A DNA stretch of 64,000 bases from Takakia lepidozioides (lineage: Eukaryota > Plantae > Bryophyta), in NCBI GenBank assembly GCA_030704615.1, contig CM060731.1, positions 47,244,001 to 47,308,000 on the forward strand. Direction: 5' to 3'. The number at the start of each line of letters is the position of its first letter. Position 1 is the first letter of the stretch. Below the pieces are notes generated by a model. The model worked only from the letters and a program-made list of their open reading frames with translations. It was not told the DNA's origin and made no database searches. Position numbers and translations under genes: made by a program. Positions 12,485 to 27,323 of this stretch are shown one piece after another.

Positions 12485-15400
12485 CTAAGAATGACGGTCC
12501 GTAGTACCGCCTTCAAGAGTCCAGGCCACCATTTTCCGTCGATCCCTTCCTCGAAGAGTGCGAACCGAACCTACCTTCTCACTGGAAAAGTCCGCTGTAC
12601 TGAGTCCTTCGCTGACAGCATGGCTGTATCCCACTACCGGCTCATGCTCAAAATCAACATGACGATCAAAGAGCATCATCAACATGGAAATCTGGTGTGC
12701 TAGCGTGTGGTTCTGGTCTGCCTTCGGTAAAATTTGCGAGACAGATATATTCACCTGCACACACAACCAAAGGATCAAACAACATTAGCCATGCATTACT
12801 GGATACTACCAAAGAACAAAAGGGTAAAGCTGCTGAGCCCACAGCTTCCAGCTGCCAACAAAAACTACGAAATTTTTGCAAGTGGTCAAAAGAGCCAAAA
12901 TAAATCCTTCTGTTTGAGTTTCATACTACTTACAAAACTATGGGTCCAACATGTCTGCAACATATCCATATCAGAGGTTACCTCAGCTTCGATGGCACGC
13001 AGGTCATTGAAGCAATGGTCAATGCTGGTTATTGCCTTGTTTACAGCACCTTCAGTAACATCCAGCGTGCCACCTGGTGCTGGAGGCAAATTCACATCAA
13101 TCGCATGTCCTGACAATAAATGAAGCTGGAAAATAGGGGGACGAATTGGATATTCCACACTAATATCCACCTGCCACAAACAAACAATGTTGGAACGGGC
13201 ACAGAGAGAGTGGCAAAGAAAGGAACTCCAAAATATCCATGGAGAGCCCAACGAGATTGTGGAACAACAATGTGCTACAAACAAACAAAGAACTGCAAAA
13301 CTCAAGCCTAAGTGATTGCCCATATCCAAGAGAGCTCAACCCAACCACCATCTAGCAATGGCCAAGTAAAACACACCTGGGCCTCCAGCTCTACACGCTT
13401 TCCTGACGGCCCATTCTCCCTCCGAAGCACTGCCTGGAAACTCCGCATTCCATACCCTTCCCACTGCCCTTTGCCCTGGGTGGACTCCTCGGACAAATCT
13501 TCCCGGAATTCCTCTATCCCTTCCACCATATCTTCATCCATAAGAGCATCCAGCCCTCCTAATTCGGCCATTATTCCCTCTTTCTGTCCAAGACCAAACC
13601 CGTCTAAAACCTTTTCAACCCCCTTACTACTATTTTTCTCTGTGTGACTAGATATCTTTCTGGGGCCTTGCAGAGCCTGCTTTGAAGGGACCCCCTTTGA
13701 AGACGGGCCTCCACGAGATGCCACATTGGCCTTCACTGTCTCTTTCTCTGCACCTGGTGCCTTTGCATCATTCAATCCACTTCCCTCAACCCCTGCCTTT
13801 GTCCCATTTTCTCCACTCACTCCAGGTGACCCCTTGGCTGGTGTGACCCCTGAACCATCTCCAGGTGGAACCACAATCGGCCCAGATGATGGAAGCTCCC
13901 CATCCTCCTTCCCAGCCTCACCCTCGGTCATGGCTGCCCCACCTGTCAGTCCCCCCTCTCCCACTTGTGGGGGTGCTTCAATCAAAAGAGTTGTGTCCAT
14001 GGGAGAAGCCAACTGGGAGCTAACCATGGTGAGGGAGTGAAACGAGGACGACGAGGGCTTCAGACTTGTGCGGTCTACCTCCACCCAGTTTCGAAGAGTG
14101 GCTTTCGGAGTGTGGAGAGTCCAGGGTAGAGGGTGGGATTTCAACAAAGGGCACTTCAGCTTGGCCAAAGAGTCAAGCTGGTCCCTGCAAACACCACCTA
14201 TTTTCTCAGATGCAGGAAGCAGTCTTCATGGCACATACGTCTAGTATGACCTGAAATGTAATATATGACCGAAGATGTTGCTTCCTAGCTGCTTGATGAG
14301 ACAAGTTGAACCATGGGCGTTCTTAAGCATGTGTGGCTTGAAGTTATGGTGACGATATTAAAATCAGATGGATGGAGTACAACAGTTACTTATGGAGGTA
14401 TACTAGCACTCACAACGTGCCCATCGACTCACTTCAGCGCCAGCTGTGCTTTCCTTCGCACTCGAAGCTGCTGAAGAATTGTGTTCACACGGTGCTGTTG
14501 GCGGTAAGCAGCCAGCCCTGTTGCCAGCAAGGTGGAACCACCAACCTTTGGACCATCACCATTAATTCCTCCATCCTTCTCATGTAAAAGTGGGGGAGAC
14601 TCTGGAAGAATATCGATTCCACCCAAATGCTGGACCCATTTGTAGGGCCGCAATGGTCTTTTCTTGTCAAATGTAAATCCAGCCCCCGCTTGCAACTTTG
14701 CAATCTGCAAATTATACACCCAAGAAACATAGACAGTGGGAGTGAGTTGTAAGACTGACTGCGTGAGAAATAAGTCTTGTAGCTTGCTCTTAGTCCCATT
14801 CACCTGGGGTGAAAGGGGCCTTATGAACATTAGGACTACAACTTGAGTTCACATGAGTTGATCCCTCCAAGGCACAACCTTTTAGGGGGTACCCACTCTC
14901 TACGGTGCATCTAGTTACATACAAGTGTACTTCATAGATAGCCTGATCCACATCTGAATGCACAACAACAAAATCTCTTCATTATCTTAACCTGATTGGG
15001 CAGATCCACGCCTGTGTCGTCTGGGAACAAATTGGCCAGTAAAGTACCAGGATCTCCTCCTCCATGCGATGTACCCTCAACGCCAGCACACAGGGCATTT
15101 AACTTTGAAAGGTACTCAAAGCGCAAGTTTAGCAGCTTGGTTGCTCTTTGTTCATCATCAAAGATTTGAGCGATAACAGCTAAAGGATGCGCTTGATAAA
15201 TGCTGTCACCCTCCACAGCTTCCTTGTCATGGGATTTCTTAGCCCTCTTTCGACGCCTTTGAGAGTCGTCCTCCTCCTCTGGTACCTCCTCATCAGTTTT
15301 GCCTTCATCTAGTACCCCCCCTGCAGAACCTGCAGTTTAAGCTTAGAGCCAGGTAATGGCCACTGCTGTACACCCCACAAGCTATTTGTAGGGCTTCCCA

Positions 15401-16308
15401 ACCCACCAATGAAGGAAGGCCCACCCTCCCAAAAAGGGCATATGGCAACAGGTCAAACACAAGGAAATAAGGAAAAAGACTAAGCCGCCAACGGAAAACC
15501 AGGAGTGGAGTCAAGACATTACTGGCATCTTTCAGTGCCAGCTGACGTGCTAGTGCCTGGGCATCTTTAGCACTCCCAATTATCTCCAACTCCAGAGCTT
15601 CCCCAAAGGCTTCCTTGTGAGACAGCAACTGTGTATAAAGAATGTACAGAGGGGGTGGCAGGAGCTCTGCGAGTGTGTGCTGCTTCATACGCTTGGTGTG
15701 AAAGAGACCAAGTTGTTGCTGCACAGGCAGGGACGCCTTCTTCAAGGCTTTGAGATGGGAGGGGAGACTGCCAAGAAACTTCCGTCGATTGGCTATATTT
15801 TCTTGCAACAGTTTTTTTCGGGATTCCACTACTTCACGTAGCTTTAATAATTCCTTTCGCTGTGCAACCCCCACACCGACAAAAATACAAAGCATATTAA
15901 TCATTGTCAGTGTATTCCATGGCCAATATCATGGATGTATTCGCCAATCTGGGAAGGTGTAGAGTGCAGTAACAACATTCCCCATCTTACCCTTAACAGG
16001 ATGCACTTATACAGAAGCCCTGTATGTTGGACTATTAGAAGACATAGCCAGCAACATTTGTGTACATGGACTACAGTCAGCCTCCCACAGTTCTGTGATG
16101 AAATAGGTCGGAGAGAAAGTACCAAAACAACCGACAAAAACCTACACTTAGCTAGTCCCACTCCCAAGATCTCCTTTCAACTCACCTACAAATGTATACC
16201 TTATACAAGATTCAGAGGAAACAGTGCATGCATTCAGCACAGGAGGCAGGACACACCAGTTTAGAGCGTATACATCAGAAAACTAAGAGTCACAGGGAGA
16301 GAGAGAGA

Positions 16309-16363
<55 letters not shown>

Positions 16364-17170
16364 GGAGAGAAAGAGGAAGACCTGGTGAAGCTCCAGGTTG
16401 AGGCGCTGCAGCATCAGCTTGTGCGGGTCGTCTTTTAGTGCAGGGTCGGCTAGCATCTCCTCTTGAGCATCCTGGAAGAACTCCTCAGTAGGAACCAAGT
16501 CAATGTCCGGGTACTTGGATTTGAAATCCTTGCATGCTTTGATAGCCTTCAAGTAGTAATTCTTTTCGTAAAGCAAATTGTGAAGTTGCAGGGTGGTTTG
16601 ATCCACTGGCGCTTTTGCTGCCTCCGTCTCCAATTTCACCCGGTCTTCTTCTTGTAAAATCAAGCGGTTCACCTGCAGTTCAGGCATGCAGATTTCAACG
16701 AGTTCGATAAGTGTGACTTCACTGTACAACGATTCGAAGTTAGAGTTTCCGATGCGCAGATTTTGCATTTCATTGCATTTCATTGCATGTGAATATTCAG
16801 ACCCATTCGTCCATTAACAGCGCAGGCGTTCTGAAGAAAGCTCCAGTACAGTTTACACACCCCAATGGGAGGGTAAAACTGTCGTAATCGTCTGGTCGAA
16901 ACTCGTGGTCTCGCTAGCGTTTGCCTTGCCGGTACTGACTCGCTCATTAAGGTCCTGGGTATCTAGTGCCGACCATGGAGAACAAATAAGAGAAAGGATG
17001 CAAACCTGACGAAGATCGACGAACAAGACAGATGCTTCTGTCACAAGCTCCCGCAACTGCACGCTGCCCTTGCCTTCCTTCCCTTCCCTCTTGAGCACCA
17101 GCATTTGAGCCAGTATGTCCTCCATGGAATTCCGGATGTTGGCTAGCCCTTCATATGACGACTTGGCCAT
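12485..17170 (-). CDS. THO5: THO complex subunit 5 (THOC5/FMIP), 8 exons, 886 aa
   Basis: Exons 17170-17006, 16672-16382, 15859-15523, 15320-14992, 14704-14433, 14184-13377, 13170-12982, 12754-12485; GT-AG, phases consistent (2661 nt). Motifs LQLHNLLYEKNYYLKAIKACKDFKSKYPDI, RPYKWVQHLGGID, EDGELPS, VEYPIRPP and LRGRDRRKM match plant THO5. Confidence 0.95.
16299..16361. repeat. (GA)n microsatellite in THOC5 intron 2
   Basis: About 30 GA units with one interruption. Confidence 0.95.
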
Positions 17171-20100
17171 GGCTACCCCACCAGCCCACACCTCACCCTC
17201 TGCTACAAAGCACACAAGATTACAATGCAGCGCTTAATCTTTTGTCTAACTGCAGACAGATGGTAGGGATGATGGAGAACGGTGGATCACAATACGCTGC
17301 CGTGGCTCCTGCGTGAAGGAGACCAACTGTGTGTCTGCTTTCTCTGTCACACCAGACTTCCCTAGTTGACCTAATTCCACAACTAACCACGGTCAGTGTA
17401 ACTGTGCCTATTCTCGTTCTCTTATTCCAATACTGCTTCCCGCCATGCCTGTTTCTTGGTCTCCCTCACACCATTAGAGGATTGATTGGCTGCAAACTGG
17501 AGCAGTACACAATCTGAGGTTGGATGCGGAATAGAATTGTTCAAAGGAGGAGGCAACTTAAACACTACTTTTGATCTAACCAGGGCGGCTTCGGGGCTTT
17601 TTAAAGAGTTCAGAAAGAAGTATATGACCGTGAACTATCGACTCGCATAATGAAATTCCTGGAAGGATTTATTCAAAACCAAAACATGTTGTGATTGTAC
17701 TGAGAGCAAACCATTTCAAACATGAGAAACGAGCGAGGCAAAACAGGACACGAAAAGTTGTAATGTTTATTTTCTGTGTAGAACATTGTGAAATGAAGAG
17801 CATCATGTAGATCTTTCGGTATTGAGTTTTTTGGCCTGAATATATAGAGAGTGATAGAAAGTCATGCCAGCATCTCGTTATAGATCCTATGGTATCTTAG
17901 TGGTCCCATGCTGTTTGGAGTTCAAGGTTTGGGGTTTAAGCCTCCCTCTGGAATCTCAAAACTCTGGTTGTGCAATCCACAAGCTTTTCTTTCAGGGCTA
18001 TGGCGGGAGCACGGCGGATGGGCCTGCTGGCCATCGTCCCCTTCCTCTCCTCCCCACCGTCTGCTACCCTCGCCCAGGCTCCTTCCGGTACGCAATCCTT
18101 CTTTGTCTCACATGCGCATTCTACTGTGCTACCTATCTACCTGCTTGATGTCAATTGAAGCTCGCACCGCACAATCCACGCCTAAATGTCCATAATGCAG
18201 CGTCCTCTGCATGCAGGCTCCCACGACAGTAGGTGGTTAGATTACGCCATGATTTGATCAAGTTTTAGGTCCATTTCACAACTGATTGCTTATGCTGTCC
18301 TCCGCGTTAACAGTGGAAAAGTGTATGTGGGTTTTTACGTTAGAATTGGAACTTTTGACAGGTGAAGAGTTCTAGTATGTGTAGCCTTCCCTTCTTCGAT
18401 TATCTATGTGTGGACCACTAGTGGTCGGAGCTCGCATGAGGAGATGAGGTTTTGGGGTTTAGCATGATATTCTAAAATCAGGAGAACTCCACGGGTCTCT
18501 TCGGGGTTGCAATCGTGACTTTATGTACACATTCTGAAGGAGTTAACTCTTATTCGTTATAAGGAAGTAAGGCAGGCAGGGTAGTTATGCGGGGTGCATG
18601 AATCCCAACAATGATACTGGGTCCTCCGTGCACTACTTTTCGTCTTGTCCTGGCTCATTGTTGTTAGCTGGTCAATCGAATACAAACTACCAAGATGGTT
18701 CTCAACTTTCCATGCATGCAAATAACTAATTGATATGACCAATGTCGTTTTTTCCAAAAATTGTGACCATTGGGAAGCGGGTTCTGAGATGTAAGAGGTA
18801 GGTGGCCGCAGGTAAGGTGGTCGTGGAGCCATTCACAGGTATAGAGTTTGAACAGAAAAAGCAGATTGATGATGCTGACTACCATTTGCATGCGACTGCA
18901 GTCCGGTGCATGCTGGGACAGGTTTTTCCTCTCCCTTGACGTTGACAAATCATCAGATACTCATGACTGCTGTGGATTAATAGCAAGTGATTAGAGAGAG
19001 GATCTCCGCAGATCGGATGCTTATGTCGGGAATCTGAGCATGTATGTCCAAAACTAGTGCAAAGAATGAAAGAGCTATATATTGATGCAGCATGTTGGAC
19101 AGACTTTCAAGATATAGTGGTTTATTTTCACCCTTCATATATACGAAACCATGCATCTCTGAGTGTGTAGATTCTTGTAAATTGTCACAACTGTCACCAA
19201 CTCTGTTCTTCCTTTGTTTTTGCAGCTTCTTTCCATCTCACCAGGAGGATGAGAAGATGGACACTTGATTTTACTCAAAAGTTTTTGAAATGGATGGGTG
19301 ACAGTGCAACATGGCGATGGCCAGGGCTTATGCAGTTGGCTTGTACACAGAAGACACAACACCCGTAAGACACCCAAATCACCTATTCACTTTTTCTTGT
19401 CTGTAGCATTTGTGATTTTGTGATTGTTTTCAGGTATATTGTGGCCATGCTGCCGAAGAGCATAGCTTTCATTTGACATCTCCTACAAGAGCAGGCAGAG
19501 CCCTTGCAGCAGTTCAATATGTTTTGTAAGTCAGGTTTAGTGGCCTCATTGGTTTCGAAATAGTATACACTTGAAGCTGATGTGGCCAACCAAAATGTAT
19601 ACCTGGAAAGTATTGGAGCTCGACTTTCCCCTTGTTTGCAAGAAATTCTACACCAAGTTCCCAGCTTAAGTTCTTCGAATGTCGCATAAGGGGATTTATT
19701 ACAGTTTAGTGTAGTGTGGTGATAAGCTTTGGGCCTTATGTCAGTTAATTGTCTATAAATGGCTGACAAACAATATGTGTGTGTCAAAGATGGATGAAAC
19801 AGCAGTGCTGACTGGGGCAATGCGGCGCAGCCTGGTGCTTGTGATGGACAAGGATGTGGCTGGCCACCATATTGGCAAGGTGTGTTGTTTGTCATGTTCC
19901 TGTACATGCTTATAGTCTGAATAGGATAATGTGCAGTAACATTCACCAGAAGAATCGGTGAGTTGGCGGCTGCATGAGTAAGCTTAACATTGTGAGCGGT
20001 TGAAGTTCAAGTGTGGATAGGGGATATGTGGCGTAATGCATTGGTGGGATGTGAACAGGGTTTTGACAGGTCACTGTTACCTCGTATCCGCAAGGCACAA

Positions 20101-22342
20101 GCTGGGTCTAAAAAAGGCTCAGGCAAGGATGCAGTAAGTATATGTTAAATTTGTATCTCTTGCTACTGTAGTCTGTATTGTCATCACACAATCCATTTAC
20201 GGAAGATGGAATCAGGGCCCAGATACATGTCAAACACAGCCCTGCATAAAATGGGTGAGTCAATTACTGCCTTCACCCTGCACACAGTCACACATGCTAT
20301 CAGGCTAAAGTGAGTGTGTCGTTCTGATAGAATCGTCAACCTGTTGTCTCACATGCCACCTGCAGACTTCAGTACTACTTGCAGAATGGAGAACTCAGCA
20401 ACATGACACACATAATACATACTCTGACAATACTCTGTGTCCTGAACTCATTTAGAGAGACTTTTCATTACACCAAAGCCACTTATGGTAGAACAAACCC
20501 TAAGGATGACTTATGCCCGTCAAGGATAGACACATGTTCAAGGGAAGACAGAAGCAGAGACCTCTTCAAATCTGATCCTGAAAGCACAGGAGTTTTTGTA
20601 TACCATACTACGTTTTTGGGTGACAGGAATGTGAGGGGTTGCTGGTGTGCTACTACTTGAGAAGATTCTGGAGTAGGTAGACCTGTGATAAGGCACACAG
20701 TTTCAACAAAAGCTGCTGACCTTTAAGTATACAAGGCTGCGACTTAAGAGATGTGGAGATTGCACAGGCAAGACACGAAATGCAAACATGTGGCAAACAT
20801 ACACACTGTATACACCTCACAACAAACATATCTAATGTAGGAAGAAGAGATCTAACACCAAACTCATCAAGAAAGCACCCAGAGCAACAATTTAGGTTTA
20901 AGATAAGGTGGAGGTGAACTTGCGGAAGCCCAAGGAAAGTCTAGTAACTGGTGGGAAGTGTAAAAGTAAAGTTTGTTTAACGTCCAGTGACTGGTTCAGG
21001 AGCCACATTTTTTCCACACTGAAGCCCCTGCTAGTCTCTAGGTGCATTTCATTTTACAGCACATTGTGGGGCCATATCCATATCTAATCGAAGGACATAT
21101 GCGCCTGACATCTTTTCTTTCTCAGTGTGGAGGACTTGGCTGCTAGCTCAATCCTGCCAGTGTTTAGCATACGGCAAGATGTGCCCAGACCGCAGCTCTC
21201 TCAACAAACCAGTCCACTGGCTACATCAACAACTGTTGGCAGGCACAAGATTTGCATTTACTTACACAAAGCAGAACTACGTCAAGAAACATCGCAGATC
21301 AACATCCTACCACTACGAATGGGCGGCTTCATGTCAAGGGGGAGAGACTGTACTCATAAACCAGAGTTTGCCGTAATCTTGCGGCCATAGAGCTGCAACC
21401 AGTTTGGGCGGAAGGGGAGAAAGAAAGAAAGCAAGGCAATTACAATATCCATAGGAAAGGCCATTCACACTGCACTGTAGCAAAAGCTAAACGAGAGAGA
21501 TGAGGGTTGGTTGAAGGGATCTCCAAAAACCGTCCCAACACTCCTTTCTGTAAAGCAGTTGACTGTGGCGATGAAATCCATCAAGTACACTTTACTGTGA
21601 GAAATAGCCAGCACTCACCTCACAGACTTCATCTCCATCTCCATCTCCAAGTAAACTCCATCTTGAACACTAACATTATATAAGGTATCTTTCAGTTTCC
21701 TTTTATGTTACCTTTGTATGGGTATCTCTCCCCAACTCAAATTTAGCACAAGAGTACAAAAGACTATTCACAACTTAATACCAAAGTTGCTCCCAGGTTA
21801 ACTACTACGTTCCACCCCCCTGATGTGGTGGTGCTCAGCAGGTGGGGCATCATCTGACCCCTGAACCCTGGTTTGCAAAGGCTGTAGATACTAACCTTTT
21901 TGGTGGCCAATCGATCCTGACCCCTAAATCCTTCATCCAATATCTCAATATCATGTGTCCACTCCTAGAAGAGTCGTCAGCCTCCAGTATTGTGAGTATC
22001 TTCTGAACTTTAATCTTTGGTCTTCAGTCTAGAACAGTGTTTATCAGCTCAATCAACACCAAAGAGACCACCCCTGCCAAGCACCATTTCTGATCTCAGC
22101 TTCAGCAGCGTCGCAAGGTCCTCTGAAGCTGCTTTTGTCCAAATCAGAGGAGGTTTCATCAAGGAATGACATGGTTTGCATCTGGGAATTCCATTGCAGT
22201 TTCTTCTGTGCTTGAACTAACTCCAGGACCCAACACACCTTCCTGCTCAGGTTTTAGGTGATCAGGCACCTCACTAAATTCATCAGATGCTATACTCATT
22301 AGATCCACTTCATGGCCAAAGTCACTTTCCTCGCCAATTTCC

Positions 22343-25300
22343 TCAGGCCAGATGAGGCATCTGATTACACACACCAATGCCAACATCTACCTCATGGCTT
22401 ATTTCCTCATCTTTGCTTGGCTCAGGCACATGGCTCATCTCTGCAGTGTCCGGAAAGATTTCCCTGCTGAGCAGAACTGCTGCTGGGGTGGTGATGACAT
22501 CACCTGAGCCATTGACCTCCACAATATCATCTGTCCCCAGAGCCACTGCATCGTTGGGACCTGCCAAAGTCCCTTTATCATATTCTGGCATGATGGCATT
22601 GACACCTGGATCAATAGCATTGCTAGAGACGCGGTCCTCTGGGCTGATGCCAACATTCTCTGGAAGAAGGTCATCATCACTGAGGTAATTGGCACGTGGA
22701 AATGCAGCCTCTCCTTCAATCATTGTGATGTCTTCCCGTCCTTCTTTGCCAGAGCCCTCATCACTGATGTTGTTACTATTGCTGGGCTTCCCACCAATTG
22801 CTTGTGGAAGTACAGTTATGTCCTCCGCAGCTTTGTGTCCAGCAACCCCTGGGCTGTTGTCATTGATATCCAGAGTGATGTCGTTGCCATAGACCTCTTC
22901 TTTTTCTTGAGATAGCACTACTATGTCATCCCTCTCTTGCTCCTCATAATTATCTGATTTGAGGGCATGAGCTGGTAGAAGGACACTGCTGATGGTTTCC
23001 TCCTTATAAGGCTCTGAAATGACATCATCACTGGGCGGTTCTTCATTTTCTTGAGAACATACAACCATGTCATCTCTAGCACTACCTGCATTGATCACGT
23101 CACTCGCACTGCTGATGGTTTCCATCGTATAAAGCCCTGAAATGAGTTCATCACTGGGCGGCTCTTCATTTTCTTGAGAACATACATGCATGTCATCTCT
23201 AGCACTACCTGCATTGATCACGTCACTCGCACTGCTGATGGTTTCCATCGTATAAGGCTCTGAAATGAGTTCATCACTGGGCGGCTCTTCATTTTCTTGA
23301 GAACATACAACCATGTCATCTCTAGCACTACCTGCATTGATCATGTCACTCACTGCAAGGAAATTGATGTTGTCAATATCCCAATTGATGGCATTGCTAG
23401 GCACCATGTTGTCTCCATCCTGCTCCTCATTAGTATCTGGACTCAGCATCACATTCTGTGGAAGCACGCTATGGATAGTTTCCTCCTTACAAGTCTCTGC
23501 AATGAGCGCATCGCTAGGCACCTCTTGGCTTTCTTTAGGAAAAACCACCATGTAATCACTAGCTTGCTTGCCAGAACTATCTGGACTCATCAAGTCACTC
23601 AATGGGAGGCAGCCATCTGTAAATTCCTCCTCAAAAAGCTCTGGAAAAATTAGATCACACTTTGGAAGGATGTCACTACCAGGGGTAACACATTCTTCAG
23701 AAAGTACTTTGATGTCACTGGTGGCTTCCTCGCCAAAGTAGGGAGGGACGCACCCCATAACTTCCTTCATGGTATTGTCTGGTGTACTGATTGCAGCACC
23801 TTGCAGAAGGTCACCATTGATATGCTCTTCCACACTATCCTGAGAACGTATGTTGCTGGCTTCCTGACATCCTCTGGTGTCATTGCTAAATTCCACTCTA
23901 GTGTCCTTTGGACTGATAACATCACCCTGTGGACTGATGTCATCCTCCCAAAAATAACCAGGTACCTCAAGACTCCCTTGAGGAAGCACTGAGCTGTCAG
24001 CTGCATCATGGCCAGGGTCCCTTGGGCTGCTCTCATCTACTATATCAGCTGCATCGCTTGGTAGCGGTGTGACCACTTTGGCAACCAGAGCTACGCCATC
24101 ACTGCAATTCTGGCCAGGCTCCTCTGGAGTAACTATGTCAACATCAGGAGATATGAAATCCTTCTCTTCATCTGGATTTGCACCTTCAATCACAGGTAAG
24201 ATTTCCCCATTGGAATTCTTGAAAATATCAGAGGGGATGATGATTACATCACCAACCTCCTCAAATAGGCAGTCACCTCCGGACAGAACTGCATATCTAG
24301 GCTTTGTCCCTTCCTGAACATTGCACATCACACCAACATGAAGCTCCTGCTTTGACGTCCCATCTGCGAGCAAAGAGCTTGTCTCCTCAACTCCATCAGC
24401 TCCTTTTCTTTCTGTAAAGCTGGGTATTTCCTGATCCCAGACGGTTCTACTACTAGCGTAACCAGACTGAGGACCAGTGTCAGCTTGCTCAAGCTCACAA
24501 ATGGCTTCAGTAACTACCCTCACATCTTTAACATTGTCATCACTAGACTCCTGAACCAATGCTTTCCTGCGCGGATTTGTGCTAGACACCACATCAACAG
24601 TCTTGGTGACAGAGTCGCTGACCATGGTGCCAACACAACCTCTTTTCTTCAACATACCAACCCTTTGTAAAATGTTTGCAAGTTCGGCTTCCATTTCTTG
24701 CTGCTGAGCTATGGATTCTGGCATAGCCACTTCCTCTAACACCACTGCCTGGTCTCCAACCTCCACAGCTACTGGTTTGTCGCAGCTTTCATCTACACCA
24801 CAATACGATTCTCAGAGCTGACAAAAAGGAATGTATGCACAAACTTCCACGTTCAGTTACTAATACTAAACACTGAACTTGGTGCCATCCCATCCCATAT
24901 GGAGAGTCCACTCAGAATTGAAAACCCGCTTTCTAAAATCGAGCGATCGCATCAACTTGCAGTGAGCATTGCATCTACGACAAAGCCATTCAGTCATTTT
25001 TAAACTCCAACCTGCTAGATACACAAAATTATCAAACCCAACTTTTACTCTGTAGGTGTTCAACGGCTGACTTACAAATATGCACATTTACTTTGCTGCA
25101 GGCTTCACTTTTACTGCTCTCGTCAACGGTGAGCACACTAATGTCTCTTCCCGGATGCAACCTCTCGTTTGGACTTAACTTCTCCCTAGGCAAATCTGTG
25201 CCACCTCGTCTTCTCAAGTTCCTGATTCGAGCTTCTGAACCCATCTGGTTTTCGCAATGGACAGCCATGGCCTTCACTTGTCCACCGAGTTTCCGGAGCC

Positions 25301-26075
25301 TCTCCCTCAACCCATCTATCTCTTGCATAAGCTTGCTCTTCTCGCTTTTCCATCCCTGCTCTCTTGAAGCATAAATTGCCACAAGCTTTGCATTGGCCTT
25401 TCCATCTTCTGCACGGACCTGCTGCAATTCTGCCACACGGCTTTCTGACTCCGCTACCCTTTTGAAGAAATAGCCCCTCTGAGCATCAGCCTCCACCACA
25501 GTTTTCTTGAGTTCTTCTCTCTCCACTGCCCACGCTGCCTCGGCCGCTGCCTGAGCCGCGACTTTCTCAGCCACCCTTGCTTCGGCGCTTGTTGCACGTT
25601 TCGAAAGCTCAATCCTTTCTCTCTGGAAAGCTGCCTCTAAGGCCCCCTTCTCTCTCACTCTTTCTTCAAGTGTCTGTGTCTTGAATGCTAGACCCCGCAA
25701 ACGCTCCATAGCTTCTTTCAGCATCACTTCCAGTGCCATTCGCCTGAGCTTCGGAGGCCCCCGATACCCATTCTCCTCGGACTCCCCGGATAATTCCTTC
25801 TTTTTCACTACGTTTGTTTCTCTGATCAAAGCACCTAATGCAGCAAACGCTAATGCCACTGCAAAATACTCAGATAAGAGGGGCCAAGATTCTCCTTCAT
25901 TCAAAGTGAAATACTTCGTCATTAGTTTCTGTCTACCCGGGCTAAGGTTCTGTAGTCTTCCTACAAGGTCCGGCCTACCTGAATCTACAGAAAGTCCTAC
26001 CCCAACCATTGTCGAAGAGCTCTTTGATTTTGTGTGATTACTTTCCTCACCATCGGTACAGTCATCTTCCCCCAT
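22343..26075 (-). pseudogene. Coiled-coil protein gene (At5g53020/At3g45900-like N-terminus) fused to an ~800-aa acidic exon; possibly disabled
   Basis: Exon 26075-25092 contains RAEDGKANAKLVAIYASREQGWKSEK. The best acceptor (24817) is followed by an in-frame TGA (24814-24812). The large ORF ends at 22343 but acidic coding-like sequence continues in shifted frames; small spliced exons near 21620-21670 and 21330-21395. Confidence 0.6.
22984..23352 (-). repeat. Three tandem 123-bp (41-aa) coding repeats
   Basis: cttcattttcttgagaacatac recurs at 23041, 23164 and 23287; unit SDVINAGSARDDMVVCSQENEEPPSDELISEPYTMETISSA. Confidence 0.95.
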
Positions 26076-27288
26076 GAGAACAAGTAGTAAAGTTAATACC
26101 ACGCAACAGCGAAATATCTCAACCCAACTCTACGATTAGTCCAAGCACCATGACCCCAGACTACGAAACTACTGAAAAGAGAGTCCTTTGGTAGCATAGG
26201 AGGAAGAGGCGGCAGAATGAGAGACAGACCACCATCAGTAGTACTCCAGTTTCCAACCTCTAGAGGTCTGTAGCTTCTACGATCAAAAGCGAAAGAAAAT
26301 TTTCATATAGATTCTTCTTGCTGCTATCGCCAGGAAAACAATGGTGCCAAAAGCACTAGCGCGCCTAATTCAAAACCCAAAAATGCCCTCTTTCCTTCTC
26401 AGAGACCATGCAGCACTCATTCAGACATCTGCGACACGCCCAACCCGAGCTGGCGAGACACGTTCAGAATACCAGATAATATCTGTGTTAAGAAGCAGAT
26501 CGCAAGATACTCAGGTGAAGTCAGACAAAGCCAGCTCCAATTAGAAAAACCCGAGCTACCATACCAATGCCCTGCCATACGTAAGGACAACCCAGCCCCA
26601 GAAAAGACGTCTGTTTTGTATCAAAGACATAGAAATCTTTGACCATGACGCAACGATCGATGGGGGCAGAGATAGACTCGGTGCTGTAGAGACAGGCACA
26701 GATTGAGTTGTTTCCGTGAACGCTGCCGATTCTCTCGTGCGCCACGTTTGTCACCATCTGCAGCCTGCCTTGTGTCCATCTCTCTCTCACACACTCGCAA
26801 AGAAGACCAAGGTAACTCCTGCGATGAGAAGACGACGGCTTCCCGCGTGGACACTGAGGACGTGGCGCAGCGGGCAGGCGGAGGCCGGGCAGCCACGGAA
26901 TCCCCTCACTATCTGGGACAGAGTGCCGAGGATCGAGCCGTGCCGTCTTCCGTCGGCCGGCCAGTTGCCGTTCATTTCCTGTGCCCGTTAATCATCCATC
27001 TGCGAGCCACTCCGTTAATTAACGTCGTCTGTACCTAACGGGCGGAGAGAACTCCCGCACGACAACCGCGGGGCACCACACGCTGCTGCAGCGCGGTGAC
27101 CGCAAGATTCTGTGTGGTCGCGATGTGGGCCACGAGTGCCGATCTCTTATCTAGACTGGATTGGCTTGGGTGACGGTTGGAGCCCACTTTCGTCCACCTC
27201 GGCGTTTATCATCCACGTACCCGTCAATCTATTTCTGTTCCCGACCGTAAATTTACAAAGGAACAGACAAACGAGTTTTTCATTGTCC

Positions 27289-27323
<35 letters not shown>

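Noticed and set aside
12281-14830. ORFs first read as LINE ORF1/endonuclease
   Set aside because: They splice in phase as THOC5 exons 5-8 with conserved THO5 motifs.
18500-21100. Several 70-190 aa ORFs
   Set aside because: No motifs or coherent splice structure; treated as intergenic or decayed repeats.
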